Made by a program: the position numbers and the translations under genes. This document shows, in pieces, positions 44,118 through 53,667 of a DNA stretch of 58,437 nt (the stretch's first letter is position 1; every line of letters begins with the position of its first letter). The DNA is from a candidate division WWE3 bacterium UBA1379 (GTDB lineage: Bacteria > Patescibacteriota > WWE3 > UBA101185 > UBA10185), in the NCBI GenBank assembly GCA_002305475.1, contig DBRB01000001.1:1-58437 (forward strand), read 5' to 3'. The notes beneath the pieces are model-generated. The model was not told where the DNA came from. It searched no databases and worked only from the letters and a program-made list of their open reading frames with translations.

Positions 44118-46049
44118 TTATCTTTCTTTGACAAAGATAAAATACATCAGATCTGATGTGTCTCCGTTATTGCCTAAACTTACGGTCTGGCCTTTACTGA
44201 AGTTTTTGGAATATACCCGGAATGTCGTGGGTACATTCGTACCGGGATTAGTCTGGTCTATTACAATATCTTCTTTAGTATCTCTGTAATTTCTTAACCA
44301 TGAAGGTTTAGGATTAATCCTTACATCATGAGCCACATATACAACTGTATCTTTAGTAACCTTAAATGTCACTAAAGGATTTCTCGTGTATTTCTTTGAT
44401 TCCGCAGCAGTTCTTATCCAGGCTACACGGTTTATGAAACCAGGTAGAGATGATATTTTGTAATCTCTATCTCCATAAGCTTGATCTCCTTTTTTAATAC
44501 TCTCCAATAGCTTCCAATTGTCATCATTTTCTCTGTCCCGGATATTCAGATTAGATATCAGTTCTTTAGTTTGAGTGGATGGTATCCCATAAAAAGAATT
44601 AATATATTCTTCAATCCATGTATATCCGGATGGGGAAGTTTCTGATGCATCAGATGCATTACGAGAATTCAATCCGTTTTGGCTTTCCCATTCATCAGGC
44701 ATACCGTCATGATCCCTGTCAATCGGACTGGTCCCATTTCTTAACACTGGCCATCCGCCAACTTCACCTTGGGAATCAATTACGGAACCGGTTTTATTCT
44801 TTAAATCATTGATGATTCTTACATCTACACTATCTCTTTTAGGTAAGTATGCTCCGGCTTTCTCCGTGACTCTTTCTAACGAATCATTCGCATTTAGTAC
44901 TTTAATATTGCTTGCAGATACAGGGTTTTGTGACTTATATACACTTCTTGTATTTTCTTCATAGACAGCATTCCATTCAGCTGAAGAAGTATCTAAACGA
45001 TTCGGACCAATATTTCCTTTAACATATATTCTACTGTTATCGCTTACTGAATCTGTAATTCTTATTCCTCTGTTTTGCGGAGATGCTGTGCGGGTATCTG
45101 CACCAGGTATAAAGTAGTTGCCAATCACATCTACCTTTTGTGTTACACTTCCTGATGTATTCGGCTTTGATACTATTACAGCTTCAGTACCCCAATTGTA
45201 TACGACATTATTTATTATCTCTCCATTTAAAGCAACAAATCTCGGATTCCTACCACGATTATGTGCAAACAGATTATGATGTATGGAAATATTTTTCCCT
45301 AAATTACCTGCCAGTAATCCCATGCTGTGACAGTTAGGTTTATCTGTCCCTTCATCTATGTGAATACTACAGTGTAAACCTTCACTAATAATATTCCATG
45401 ACAGAGTCACATCACTTGATTTATCACCCCATACGGATGTGTTCTCGTCCACACCCCATGAAAAAGATGAGTGGTCAATAATTACGTTGTATATCTCTTC
45501 ATCCATTCCAAAACTTGAAATATTTAATGAGTCGCGTGATGTACTGTCAGGCCCATTAGGATCATCACCAACTCTGAATCTCATACCTCTAACAATGACA
45601 TCATGGGTGGCAATTTTCAGACCTGCACCTCTGATCATAATTCCGTCACCGGGTGCAGTTTGTCCGGCAATTGTGATATAGGGATTTCTAATTACGAAGT
45701 GATTATTGCTTCTAATAGTACCTCCGACCTTGAAAACAACAATCCTAGGTCCCTTTTCTTCTATTGCTGCTTTGAAGCTGCCCGGTCCGGATGCATTCAG
45801 ATTTGTTACTTCAATAACTTTTCCTCCTCTACCACCTATAGTTTGTGATCCAAATCCTTCAGCACCGGGAAAAGACGGAAGTTGATATGCCGAATCTTCT
45901 GCGTCAACTCTTTCGTTACCATCAGATGCCTTTTTTAATATTTTTCCTGATGTACTGATAATGATAATAAAGGCTATAAGAATTAAAATTACAAAAGGAA
46001 CGATACTGAATAAGTAAATAGATGAACGGGCAAGTTTTTTATTATTCAT
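44118..46049 (-). CDS. pectate-lyase-like right-handed beta-helix protein with an extra C-terminal domain
   Basis: FPGAEGFGSQTIGGRGGKVIEVTNL N-terminal motif and repetitive beta-helix-like segments. Start set to ATG 46047-46049 (MNNKKLARSS + TM). Confidence 0.6.
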   Translation of the reverse strand: MNNKKLARSSIYLFSIVPFVILILIAFIIIISTSGKILKKASDGNERVDAEDSAYQLPSFPGAEGFGSQTIGGRGGKVIEVTNLNASGPGSFKAAIEEKGPRIVVFKVGGTIRSNNHFVIRNPYITIAGQTAPGDGIMIRGAGLKIATHDVIVRGMRFRVGDDPNGPDSTSRDSLNISSFGMDEEIYNVIIDHSSFSWGVDENTSVWGDKSSDVTLSWNIISEGLHCSIHIDEGTDKPNCHSMGLLAGNLGKNISIHHNLFAHNRGRNPRFVALNGEIINNVVYNWGTEAVIVSKPNTSGSVTQKVDVIGNYFIPGADTRTASPQNRGIRITDSVSDNSRIYVKGNIGPNRLDTSSAEWNAVYEENTRSVYKSQNPVSASNIKVLNANDSLERVTEKAGAYLPKRDSVDVRIINDLKNKTGSVIDSQGEVGGWPVLRNGTSPIDRDHDGMPDEWESQNGLNSRNASDASETSPSGYTWIEEYINSFYGIPSTQTKELISNLNIRDRENDDNWKLLESIKKGDQAYGDRDYKISSLPGFINRVAWIRTAAESKKYTRNPLVTFKVTKDTVVYVAHDVRINPKPSWLRNYRDTKEDIVIDQTNPGTNVPTTFRVYSKNFSKGQTVSLGNNGDTSDLMYFIFVKER

Positions 46050-46126
46050 ATGTAAAGTTTTCAAATAAATATTTGATGTAAAAATTATAGATATAGATGG
46101 TCGTATATACAAGGTTTTTTTCTATC

Positions 46127-46168
46127 CATAAAAAAAGAGGAAAGATCCATGTGTATTCTTTCCTCTTT
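46127..46168 (-). terminator. rho-independent terminator after the small membrane protein gene
   Basis: AAAGAGGAAAG (46134-46144) / CTTTCCTCTTT (46158-46168) perfect 11 bp, with a T-run following on the minus strand. Confidence 0.7.
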
Positions 46169-46196
46169 TGATTTTTTAGAATTCTTCAAATCGGGT

Positions 46197-46364
46197 TTAT
46201 TTGATTCCGATTAAAAGAAGAACTCCGGCTATCACCAAAACAGTCAAAAATAGAAAAAAGAGTGTATTACTGCCTCCTTTTTTTGCATTATACTCAGCAT
46301 TATTGCTGAGATGCGGCTGATGTTTTATAGCCTTAATGTCATTTGGTGAAGTTTTAATTGGCAT
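46197..46364 (-). CDS. 55-aa single-pass membrane protein (not in ORF track)
   Basis: ATG preceded by GAGGAG. MPIKTSPNDIKAIKHQPHLSNNAEYNAKKGGSNTLFFLFLTVLVIAGVLLLIGIK. Followed by a strong terminator. Confidence 0.45.
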   Translation of the reverse strand: MPIKTSPNDIKAIKHQPHLSNNAEYNAKKGGSNTLFFLFLTVLVIAGVLLLIGIK

Positions 46365-46427
46365 TGTGTCTCCTCGGTGATAGGTATGATGTCAATATTG
46401 ATATTATAGACTATAATACTTTAAAAA

Positions 46428-47102
46428 TCAACTTATAGTATTTGCAGGCTTTACTAGTGTAGGTGTATTATTTGCAGGACTATTAACATCGGAAGACACA
46501 ACAAAAGCTTCTATAGAATTTACAGGATACGGATCTAATAGTTTCAATAGTATATTTTCATTTATATTAGTATCTAACCATGTTTTCTCTTCATTCCTTG
46601 ATAGGATAACCGGCATCCTATCGTGAATATTCTTTACATATTCATTAGCGTTCGTAGTAATAATTGTATAAGTTAATATTTCCTTTCCCTGAGCATCTTT
46701 CCAAATATCATATAAACCTGCAAAAGCGATCAGTTCTTCGTCCTTCGCTTTGAAGTAGTAAGGTGTTTTTTTATTACCGTTTTTTTGCCACTCATAAAAC
46801 CCGGAAGCCGGTACCAGGCATCTACGAGATTTAAATGATGTTTTGAATGATGGTTTTGAAGACACTGAATCTGCTCTGGCATTGATCATTTTATAACCTA
46901 CCTTAGGATCCTTTGCCCAATAAGGAATTAATCCCCATTTCATCATCACTACTCTATTTGGAGAATTAGAGATTATAACCGGCATTATTCGACCGGGTGA
47001 AACATTGTAGTTGGATGTTATATCAATACTACTATCCTCAACTAAAATACTAAACCGCTTATAGAAATTTGTATTTGTAATCAAAGTATATCTCCCACAC
47101 AT
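46428..47102 (-). CDS. SOS response-associated peptidase (SRAP/YedK family)
   Basis: N-terminal MCGRY with the catalytic Cys2. 224 aa, SRAP-typical length. Confidence 0.85.
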   Translation of the reverse strand: MCGRYTLITNTNFYKRFSILVEDSSIDITSNYNVSPGRIMPVIISNSPNRVVMMKWGLIPYWAKDPKVGYKMINARADSVSSKPSFKTSFKSRRCLVPASGFYEWQKNGNKKTPYYFKAKDEELIAFAGLYDIWKDAQGKEILTYTIITTNANEYVKNIHDRMPVILSRNEEKTWLDTNINENILLKLLDPYPVNSIEAFVVSSDVNSPANNTPTLVKPANTIS

Positions 47103-47269
47103 TGCTGGATTATATCAGTCTTAATGTAATAGGGATATTTCAAGGAATTGCTATAAGTATGTTACTGAAGAATTAATTATATTGATTACTTCTCTAAAAT
47201 AATCAATACCGTTATTTATTAACACCAAGATAAATATTTGTATTTTAACCGAATACTTACTAAATTAAA

Positions 47270-47824
47270 CTACCTTTCGATATATTCGTTGTTGTTTTCA
47301 GTGTCTATACAACCGGGAATCATCTCTTTAGGAAAGTTGTATTTAGTAACTACGTCGCAGGTAATGATACCGTTACCGTCATAAGCCAATTCCCACCCTT
47401 TATTTGTTTTAGCTGCAAACCACATACCTCCACCCAGCTCATCAACAAAATCGATACCACCTTCTGCAAAATTACCTAAAACCTTGGTGATACGAATATT
47501 AAACTTATTTTCTGATGTGTTGAATTTTGTTTTAAAAGCATCAATCAGTGCAGCTTTTATTTGTTCCTCTTCTGATTGTTCACTAACTATTGGTATTGTT
47601 TTGCCTGTTTCGTTATTTATTTCGGGCTTAACTTTGAAATTCTCCCCGTTTACATCATTACATCCTGTAGTAGGCGGGTTACCAGCAGGATTGCCGTGTT
47701 TTATCCATTGATTATTCTGACATAACCAGTAATCTTCATCTGAACCAGTAAAAAATCTTACATATGTGATAAAGGTAAAACCAAGTAATAACAATACTAT
47801 TAGGCTAAAGATGAATTTTTTCAT
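47270..47824 (-). CDS. hypothetical secreted/anchored protein with WLCxNxxWIKxGNP motif
   Basis: 184 aa. Signal/anchor, then the same Cys-containing motif as in 40607-41662. Confidence 0.55.
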   Translation of the reverse strand: MKKFIFSLIVLLLLGFTFITYVRFFTGSDEDYWLCQNNQWIKHGNPAGNPPTTGCNDVNGENFKVKPEINNETGKTIPIVSEQSEEEQIKAALIDAFKTKFNTSENKFNIRITKVLGNFAEGGIDFVDELGGGMWFAAKTNKGWELAYDGNGIITCDVVTKYNFPKEMIPGCIDTENNNEYIER

Positions 47825-47974
47825 ATATTAATATATATATCTTGTAATTTGAATTTACCATACTTCTTTGTAGACTTTTATATATAAGAACATTCGATAA
47901 AAAATAAAAATATAATCACTATAGGCCTGTATTTATTGTTACAAATATACATTGATTGATAATATTAGGCTGCT

Positions 47975-48003
47975 TTGACAACGCTTTTATAGTTTGTTAA
48001 TAT
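47975..48003 (+). promoter_or_regulatory. sigma70-like promoter candidate for the GT2/deacetylase operon
   Basis: TTGACA (47975-47980), 17 nt, TAATAT (47998-48003). Confidence 0.4.
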
Positions 48004-48068
48004 CAACACGCCTTATTCTATAGGTATCATTCCTCGTCCCACTACATAATAAGAATAGGAGACAAACC

Positions 48069-49253
48069 GTGAGCACTTTGAAATTGAAATACTACCTTGT
48101 TGGAGTTGTTGACTTTTTCCATTCTGTTATAAGGTTTTTGCTTGGTATCCCTAAAAAATATGATATACCAGATAACTGGAATTCTCTTAAAGTTACCATT
48201 CTGATTCCTGCATACAATGAAGCTGAAAGCATCGAAAATACAATTAGATCTATTTTTAATCAGAGCCTGTATCGTAATCAGTGTGGACCTAAAGTAGAGA
48301 TTTTGGTTGTCGACGATTGTTCTACTGACAATACTGCAGAAATTGCAGAGAGTTTGGGAGTTAAGATGATAAAAACTCCTACAAATACTGGAACAAAAGC
48401 GAAAGCCCAAAACCATGCGATATTTTCTCTAATGGATAAGGATCCGAATCATATTATAGTCACCATCGATGCAGATACAACATTAGGAGAAGGAGCGTTG
48501 GAAAAAATTATTCTGCCTTTGCAGAATCCTAAGGTTGTGTCAGCATGCTGCATGGTAGTTCCACAAAGAAGGAATACCTTCTGGGAACTAGCCCGTTATG
48601 TCTGTTATATATATGAAGTTACGGTAGCCAAACACGGTCAGTGCTTTGTCGGCACACCGCTAGTAAGTTCTGGCTGTTGCTCAGCTTACATGGTCAACAC
48701 TCTTATTGACACGGGTGGTTTCCCCCCCGAAACAATGGTTGAAGATATGGACCATACATGGACCTGTCTATCAAGCATACCACGGTCAAAGGTGGCTCTT
48801 GTAGAAGATGCTGTTTGCTACCCGATTGAACCTCCCACCTTTAAAGTATATAAAGCGCAAATGTTTCGCTGGCTGCGCGGGTTCTTTCAGGTGCTTAGCA
48901 AGCAAAAAACATCAATCTTTAAAAGGCCATCCTTAGCTATTTTCATTCTCTGGAATTTGATAGAGGGTATCCTTGCACCCCTTGCTGGAGTATTTATTTT
49001 TTACCAACTTATACAAGGAGGATTCAATGCAGGATTTGCATATACCGTGTTACTAGTCAGTCTATCTGGATACGCGGTTGTAATCGGATCTGCGTTAATA
49101 TATGGGTTAAGACATGGGGAAATGGGTAAGATCCTTTTGGGTCTGCCATGTTACTTCCTGGTAGGACCTGTGAATATATACATTTTCTGGGTCGCCCTTA
49201 TTAAACAATGGATTCTCAAAGACAACCTTACAGTCTGGGAAAAAGGACATTAG
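48069..49253 (+). CDS. processive family-2 glycosyltransferase (PgaC/IcaA/chitin-synthase-like)
   Basis: ILIPAYNE, DDCSTDNT, DADT, QMFRWLRG (QxxRW) plus C-terminal TM segments. GTG start after GGAG. Confidence 0.8.
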   Translation: MSTLKLKYYLVGVVDFFHSVIRFLLGIPKKYDIPDNWNSLKVTILIPAYNEAESIENTIRSIFNQSLYRNQCGPKVEILVVDDCSTDNTAEIAESLGVKMIKTPTNTGTKAKAQNHAIFSLMDKDPNHIIVTIDADTTLGEGALEKIILPLQNPKVVSACCMVVPQRRNTFWELARYVCYIYEVTVAKHGQCFVGTPLVSSGCCSAYMVNTLIDTGGFPPETMVEDMDHTWTCLSSIPRSKVALVEDAVCYPIEPPTFKVYKAQMFRWLRGFFQVLSKQKTSIFKRPSLAIFILWNLIEGILAPLAGVFIFYQLIQGGFNAGFAYTVLLVSLSGYAVVIGSALIYGLRHGEMGKILLGLPCYFLVGPVNIYIFWVALIKQWILKDNLTVWEKGH

Positions 49254-49307
49254 TCTCGGACATAACCCATGCTTTCAGTTTCATTTAACAATTCAAGGAG
49301 GATCAAA

Positions 49308-50198
49308 ATGTACACACCACAAAATCCAATTAGCGGACTTTTACGTCTTTGCATCGGAAGACCGATTACATTCATCTTCCTGTTTGTACCAGTGATTGTC
49401 GGGCTCCTGTTGTCTAGGAACTTCGATTCTGGGACAGTTGCAACAATCCAACACACAGCCAATGTATACCAGCAGGAGATTTGCGGAGCAATCCCGATCT
49501 CATATGCATTTGATGACGGATATGAGAGCGTATATGACAAGGCGTTCCCGATCCTGCAAAAACTCAACAAAGAGCATGACCTTAATATTACGGCTACTTC
49601 TTATGTAATTACAGGAAAAGTAGGAACCGAAGGCCATATGACTCTTATTCAGCTGATAGAACTATATAATAATGGTTGGGAGATCGGGTCTCACACTGTA
49701 ACGCACCCCGAGTTGGTGGATATTGATGATAAACAATTACAAAAAGAGATTGCCGACTCTAAGAAATGGCTGGAAGTCGAGGGGTTTGAGGTATTTACCA
49801 TTGCTTCTCCTTACGGATTATATGATGAACGTGTAGTGGATGTGATGAAACAACACTATTACGGAAATCGTACAACCGAGCTGGGACTCAATGATATACC
49901 ACTAAAAAACCCCACAGAAGATCTGTACCGTCTGAAAACTGTCTTCTTTGAGGGTGATATGACTCTGGAAGAGATTAAAGCTTGGGTAGATAAAGCCTTT
50001 GCTGAGGGTAAATTCCTTATTATCAGCTTCCATAGGGTCGATGATATACATAAAGTAGAAGGGGAAGCAAAACTCTATACAACAGATATAGAAGAGTTTG
50101 AAGAGTTAACCAGGTATGTATTATCCAAAGCACAAAATTACAATATCGGATGCACGGACAGCATGCCTACCGATCTTCCTCCTCTTCCTCTTAAGTAA
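49308..50198 (+). CDS. polysaccharide deacetylase (NodB homology domain)
   Basis: FDDGYESVY and GSHTVTHPEL NodB motifs. Start set to ATG 49308, preceded by AAGGAGGA. Confidence 0.75.
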   Translation: MYTPQNPISGLLRLCIGRPITFIFLFVPVIVGLLLSRNFDSGTVATIQHTANVYQQEICGAIPISYAFDDGYESVYDKAFPILQKLNKEHDLNITATSYVITGKVGTEGHMTLIQLIELYNNGWEIGSHTVTHPELVDIDDKQLQKEIADSKKWLEVEGFEVFTIASPYGLYDERVVDVMKQHYYGNRTTELGLNDIPLKNPTEDLYRLKTVFFEGDMTLEEIKAWVDKAFAEGKFLIISFHRVDDIHKVEGEAKLYTTDIEEFEELTRYVLSKAQNYNIGCTDSMPTDLPPLPLK

Positions 50199-50229
50199 GA
50201 CCTGCTCAAGGTAGTATTCACATTTCATC

Positions 50230-50266
50230 TAGGCATCGTGGTTATTTATACACGGTGCCTATTTTA
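50230..50266 (+). terminator. rho-independent terminator of the GT2/deacetylase operon
   Basis: TAGGCATCGTG / CACGGTGCCTA (one U-G wobble valid on plus), followed by TTTTATATT. Confidence 0.55.
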
Positions 50267-50387
50267 TATTAATATATATTCAATTCCAATAATTTATAAT
50301 CTGTTCTAATCACATCCATATATCACTATAAGCTTACATATCAATATATTGTTATAATTATCTTAACTGCTAATCTAATGATCATGA

Positions 50388-50849
50388 ATGTTAAAAGAGA
50401 CGAAAATGTGCGAGCTAGGGATAAAAAGTTTTTGCCCAGAACATGGTTGGTTTGAAACACCTTTTGAGAATAGTAGTCTATTTGAATACAATACTCCACT
50501 TAGAAATCTTATTAGGGCAATAGCATACTCAAAAGATAATTTAAATGAAGCAACTGAATACAAGTGGTTACGAGTGACTGGAAGCGATTATGCAGGATTT
50601 TATCAGGAACAAATGCTACATAAACCTGCGTCTTTACTTGGCTATAAAGCAAGTGATTTACCAATAATACTTTATTCACCCTTAATAACAGATTGGTCGG
50701 GTGCAAAACTTTCAAAATCTCTATATGTAAAACAAGAAGCATACAAATATCTCCCTAGCTACATAGTGAATTTTGAACATTTTAAAGATAAATATGGTGA
50801 AGTTGTTTTTGATAAATTGTTTAATGAGGTAAAATTATGGTTAGAATAG
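50388..50849 (+). CDS. orphan class-I aminoacyl-tRNA-synthetase-like fragment (KLSKS motif)
   Basis: 153 aa. ...VTGSDYAGFYQEQ...ILYSPLITDWSGAKLSKSLYV resembles the second half of a class-I (LysRS-I-like) catalytic domain. No HIGH-bearing N-terminal half is present. Confidence 0.35.
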   Translation: MLKETKMCELGIKSFCPEHGWFETPFENSSLFEYNTPLRNLIRAIAYSKDNLNEATEYKWLRVTGSDYAGFYQEQMLHKPASLLGYKASDLPIILYSPLITDWSGAKLSKSLYVKQEAYKYLPSYIVNFEHFKDKYGEVVFDKLFNEVKLWLE

Positions 50850-50901
50850 CCCTATAGACTGTTTCGTAGTTATTCAGTTTACTATTTTATGGATTTATTT
50901 A

Positions 50902-51321
50902 ATGATGGAAAATGAAGTACTGTTTAGTTTAAAACCAAAGTTTGCAGAGCTTATTGAGAAAAAAGAAAAAACCCATGAGTTTAGAAAATATACACCTAAA
51001 AGAATACCAACAAGGCTTTGGCTTTATGTTACTGCACCCGTTTCTACACTCATGTATGTTGCTGATGTAGACCCCGTTGTAAAGTTTCCTCATAAAATTC
51101 CAAATGAGGGGTACGGTAATGAAAACTTCAACAACGGTTTGAAAAAGTCAGAATTTGCTTTCCCTATACGCCACTTATATAAACTTAAAACTCCTCTAAA
51201 TTTGGAACAATTAAGACTTAATTACAGCTTTACAGCCCCACAGGGTTTCGCTTATATGAGCAAATACCCCGATTTATATACAGATGTAATAAATAGCATA
51301 GGATTAGAAAAAGTTTTTTAA
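50902..51321 (+). CDS. ASCH (PUA-like) domain protein
   Basis: LFSLKPKFAELIEKKEKTHEFRK matches the ASCH N-terminal strand-helix pattern. 139 aa. Confidence 0.55.
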   Translation: MMENEVLFSLKPKFAELIEKKEKTHEFRKYTPKRIPTRLWLYVTAPVSTLMYVADVDPVVKFPHKIPNEGYGNENFNNGLKKSEFAFPIRHLYKLKTPLNLEQLRLNYSFTAPQGFAYMSKYPDLYTDVINSIGLEKVF

Positions 51322-51323
51322 TT

Positions 51324-51644
51324 ATGGCATTGCATAAGATTTTACTTAGGAGTCGCCCCTTCAATGCTATAAAGAATGGTACTAAAACTGTAGAGGTTAG
51401 GGCTAATAAAAAAGTTAGACGCCTAGATTACTCAAAGATATTTGTAGGTGACCAGATAGTATTTATTAACCAAGAAACAGGTGAAACGGTTAAATGCCTT
51501 GTAGAAAAAGTCACACTTTACAGTAATGTAAGGGAATTACTTATGGCGGAGGTTGTTGAGAATACGCTATCTAGTGGGGGTGATTTGGAATCGGGTATTA
51601 AATCAATCGAGGTTATTACTGATTATAAGAAAGTTATATCTTAA
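51324..51644 (+). CDS. ASCH (PUA-like) domain protein
   Basis: RSRPFNAIKNGTKTVEVRAN pattern. 106 aa, 2 nt after the previous ASCH gene. Confidence 0.55.
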   Translation: MALHKILLRSRPFNAIKNGTKTVEVRANKKVRRLDYSKIFVGDQIVFINQETGETVKCLVEKVTLYSNVRELLMAEVVENTLSSGGDLESGIKSIEVITDYKKVIS

Positions 51645-51934
51645 AAAGGTGTTTTTGCTTATAAATTAAAGTTAGTTTCATAGCCTTTACTTCGTTATTT
51701 AGTTCAAACCATAAATTGGGATAATGAAAATTATGTTGTTGTAACAACAAGAAATCATAGGGGTCAGGAGCAAGATGATATTATAATGTCACTGTTACAG
51801 AGTGAAGAGGTTGTGGTGATGGAGAAATAACTAGCCTCTATTAGAATGCTTATTTGAAGATACTTGCCAATAGTGGTATACAACATTTACAACAAAAAGG
51901 AGTGGAGACATAATAAACCTATGGAGGTAATGAA

Positions 51935-52669
51935 ATGAAACCTGAAGAATTCGCTCGCAGAGTAGTGGAATTATTCGAAAAACGCCAAAGTGTATTTCAA
52001 AACAAGGTAAATGTTGAGGACTGGGTACCACAGTCATTTAATGCCCTAGGTAAGGCATGTTTCTTGTTTTATGTTACAAAATTGGATTATGCAATTAAGT
52101 CTCAACTTCTTTATGAAGGAGCCTTGAAGTTGATTGCTGTTAATCCAAAGTTCTTCTTACCATCCACAATTCTTGGTTTAACTGAGACTGAGCTAACTGA
52201 GTACCTAGCCACCTATATTAGACCGAGATACATAAACGAAGCAGTATTTCGTTATAAAGCGAACTCTCAAAAGTTAACGGAACAATACGAAGGAGATCCC
52301 CAGAGAATTTTTAATGATTCTGATGCTACAAAGGTGTTAAAAAGAATCTGGGAGTTTAGAGGTTTTGGTCCTAAAACTGGAAACCTTTTCTTCCGAGCTA
52401 TGGTTACAACTTTTGGTATCATGTACTCAAATATCGATAAGGTCCTTCCTCCTGTTGATATGCATGATGTTCGTATTGCCAAGCTTCTAGGTTATGTAAC
52501 AAACGATGATATGAGTGAAAGAAACGTTCAGAGGGTAAAGGAGCTATGGAATAAGGCATGTTTAGATGCTGGAGTTAATTGGTTAACTTTTGATAAAGCT
52601 TTGTGGCTTCTAGGTTCTGTAGGACGTCCTGAGACTAAGGAAGATATTGATAGACTATTATTGTTGTAA
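51935..52669 (+). CDS. HhH-GPD-superfamily (endonuclease III-like) protein without an Fe-S motif
   Basis: FRGFGPKTGNLFFRAM (helix-hairpin-helix GxG) followed by PPVDMHDVRIAKLLG (compare VDTHxxRv in Nth). GGAGG RBS. Confidence 0.5.
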   Translation: MKPEEFARRVVELFEKRQSVFQNKVNVEDWVPQSFNALGKACFLFYVTKLDYAIKSQLLYEGALKLIAVNPKFFLPSTILGLTETELTEYLATYIRPRYINEAVFRYKANSQKLTEQYEGDPQRIFNDSDATKVLKRIWEFRGFGPKTGNLFFRAMVTTFGIMYSNIDKVLPPVDMHDVRIAKLLGYVTNDDMSERNVQRVKELWNKACLDAGVNWLTFDKALWLLGSVGRPETKEDIDRLLLL

Positions 52670-52675
52670 AAAAAA

Positions 52676-52720
52676 TAAGGGATAGTATGTGACCTTCGTT
52701 CACACCTATCCCTTTTACAT
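52676..52720. terminator. bidirectional terminator between convergent genes
   Basis: AAGGGATAG (52676-52684) / CTATCCCTT (52705-52713) perfect 9 bp. An A-run precedes it and TTTACATTT follows. Confidence 0.6.
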
Positions 52721-53215
52721 TTATGTAACCCTTTCAAGTATTGCCTCCACAACCTCCTTTATCGATTTAGCAATAAGGTCTGCAGATTGATCCAGCATAA
52801 GGTTACGAGACATTACATGACCTCCATTTGCACTATAGAGAGTGCTTTTGGAATCGTATAAAATCACGTATTTATCCAGACCTCTTGCATACCCTTGTAA
52901 TGCTGCAGAACCCTGATCCATTTCGGCGCTATCAGCGCAAATTACCACTATACTTGCTTCATGCACATTTTTAAGATCTTGGTATCCTAACTTTAGTAGA
53001 TCCTCCTTCGTCTGCACACTACCTAGTCTTCTAGGATCTAACCGCTGTGAAATGGTCACATTTACTTGATTACCAAGCTGCTCTTTGATCACAGTTGCTA
53101 CTATGCGTGACCATTCAAACTGATTCCCACTGATCTCAAGATGCACGTTAGGCTTATCTACTTCTTGAGTAGTTACTGTCTTTACCTCCATGTTTTCTTT
53201 AAGATACGGCATCAT
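52721..53215 (-). CDS. nucleoside 2-deoxyribosyltransferase-like protein (divergent)
   Basis: VVICADSAEMDQGSAALQGYARGLDKYVILYD parallels the NDT-family D-x-G-T-x-x-E-x-G-y-A block, but with Gln where the catalytic Glu is expected. ATG 53213-53215 preferred over the TTG at 53227. Confidence 0.4.
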   Translation of the reverse strand: MMPYLKENMEVKTVTTQEVDKPNVHLEISGNQFEWSRIVATVIKEQLGNQVNVTISQRLDPRRLGSVQTKEDLLKLGYQDLKNVHEASIVVICADSAEMDQGSAALQGYARGLDKYVILYDSKSTLYSANGGHVMSRNLMLDQSADLIAKSIKEVVEAILERVT

Positions 53216-53498
53216 TTGTGCAACCAACTCTCGGATGCATACGTGGATATGCTGTTAGGCTGTCGCTTCTTTTACCATAGGTTCTAAACAGGTTATTCAC
53301 ATTCTTAAGAATTTCCACTAGTAAATGCCTTTCACTTTCTTGGAGCGAAGTTGAATTAGTAAGTTTTTGCCTTATTGAAACTAATTCCTCTGAATTTTTT
53401 GAGGTAGTTATAAGAATATCTAAATATTCTGCTACTTCTTGGTTTGAAACAGTTTTACTTAGAAATAGTTCAGATATTTGCTCCAGTTGGGTATTCAT
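53199..53498 (-). CDS. hypothetical helical protein
   Basis: 99-aa ORF overlapping the downstream gene start by 17 nt. Confidence 0.4.
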   Translation of the reverse strand: MNTQLEQISELFLSKTVSNQEVAEYLDILITTSKNSEELVSIRQKLTNSTSLQESERHLLVEILKNVNNLFRTYGKRSDSLTAYPRMHPRVGCTNDAVS

Positions 53499-53667
53499 AA
53501 TTCCATATATTATTTCTTAGAATTCCTTCCTTTCTTGTTATCTTCTGTAAGTTCAAAAAACACAATAGGGTGTTTTTCACAGTAACTTCTTAAATCAGGC
53601 ATATAACCCTGAAATCATATTTAAATTGACTTTATTAGAATAAATAAATTTATACATATGAAAATAT

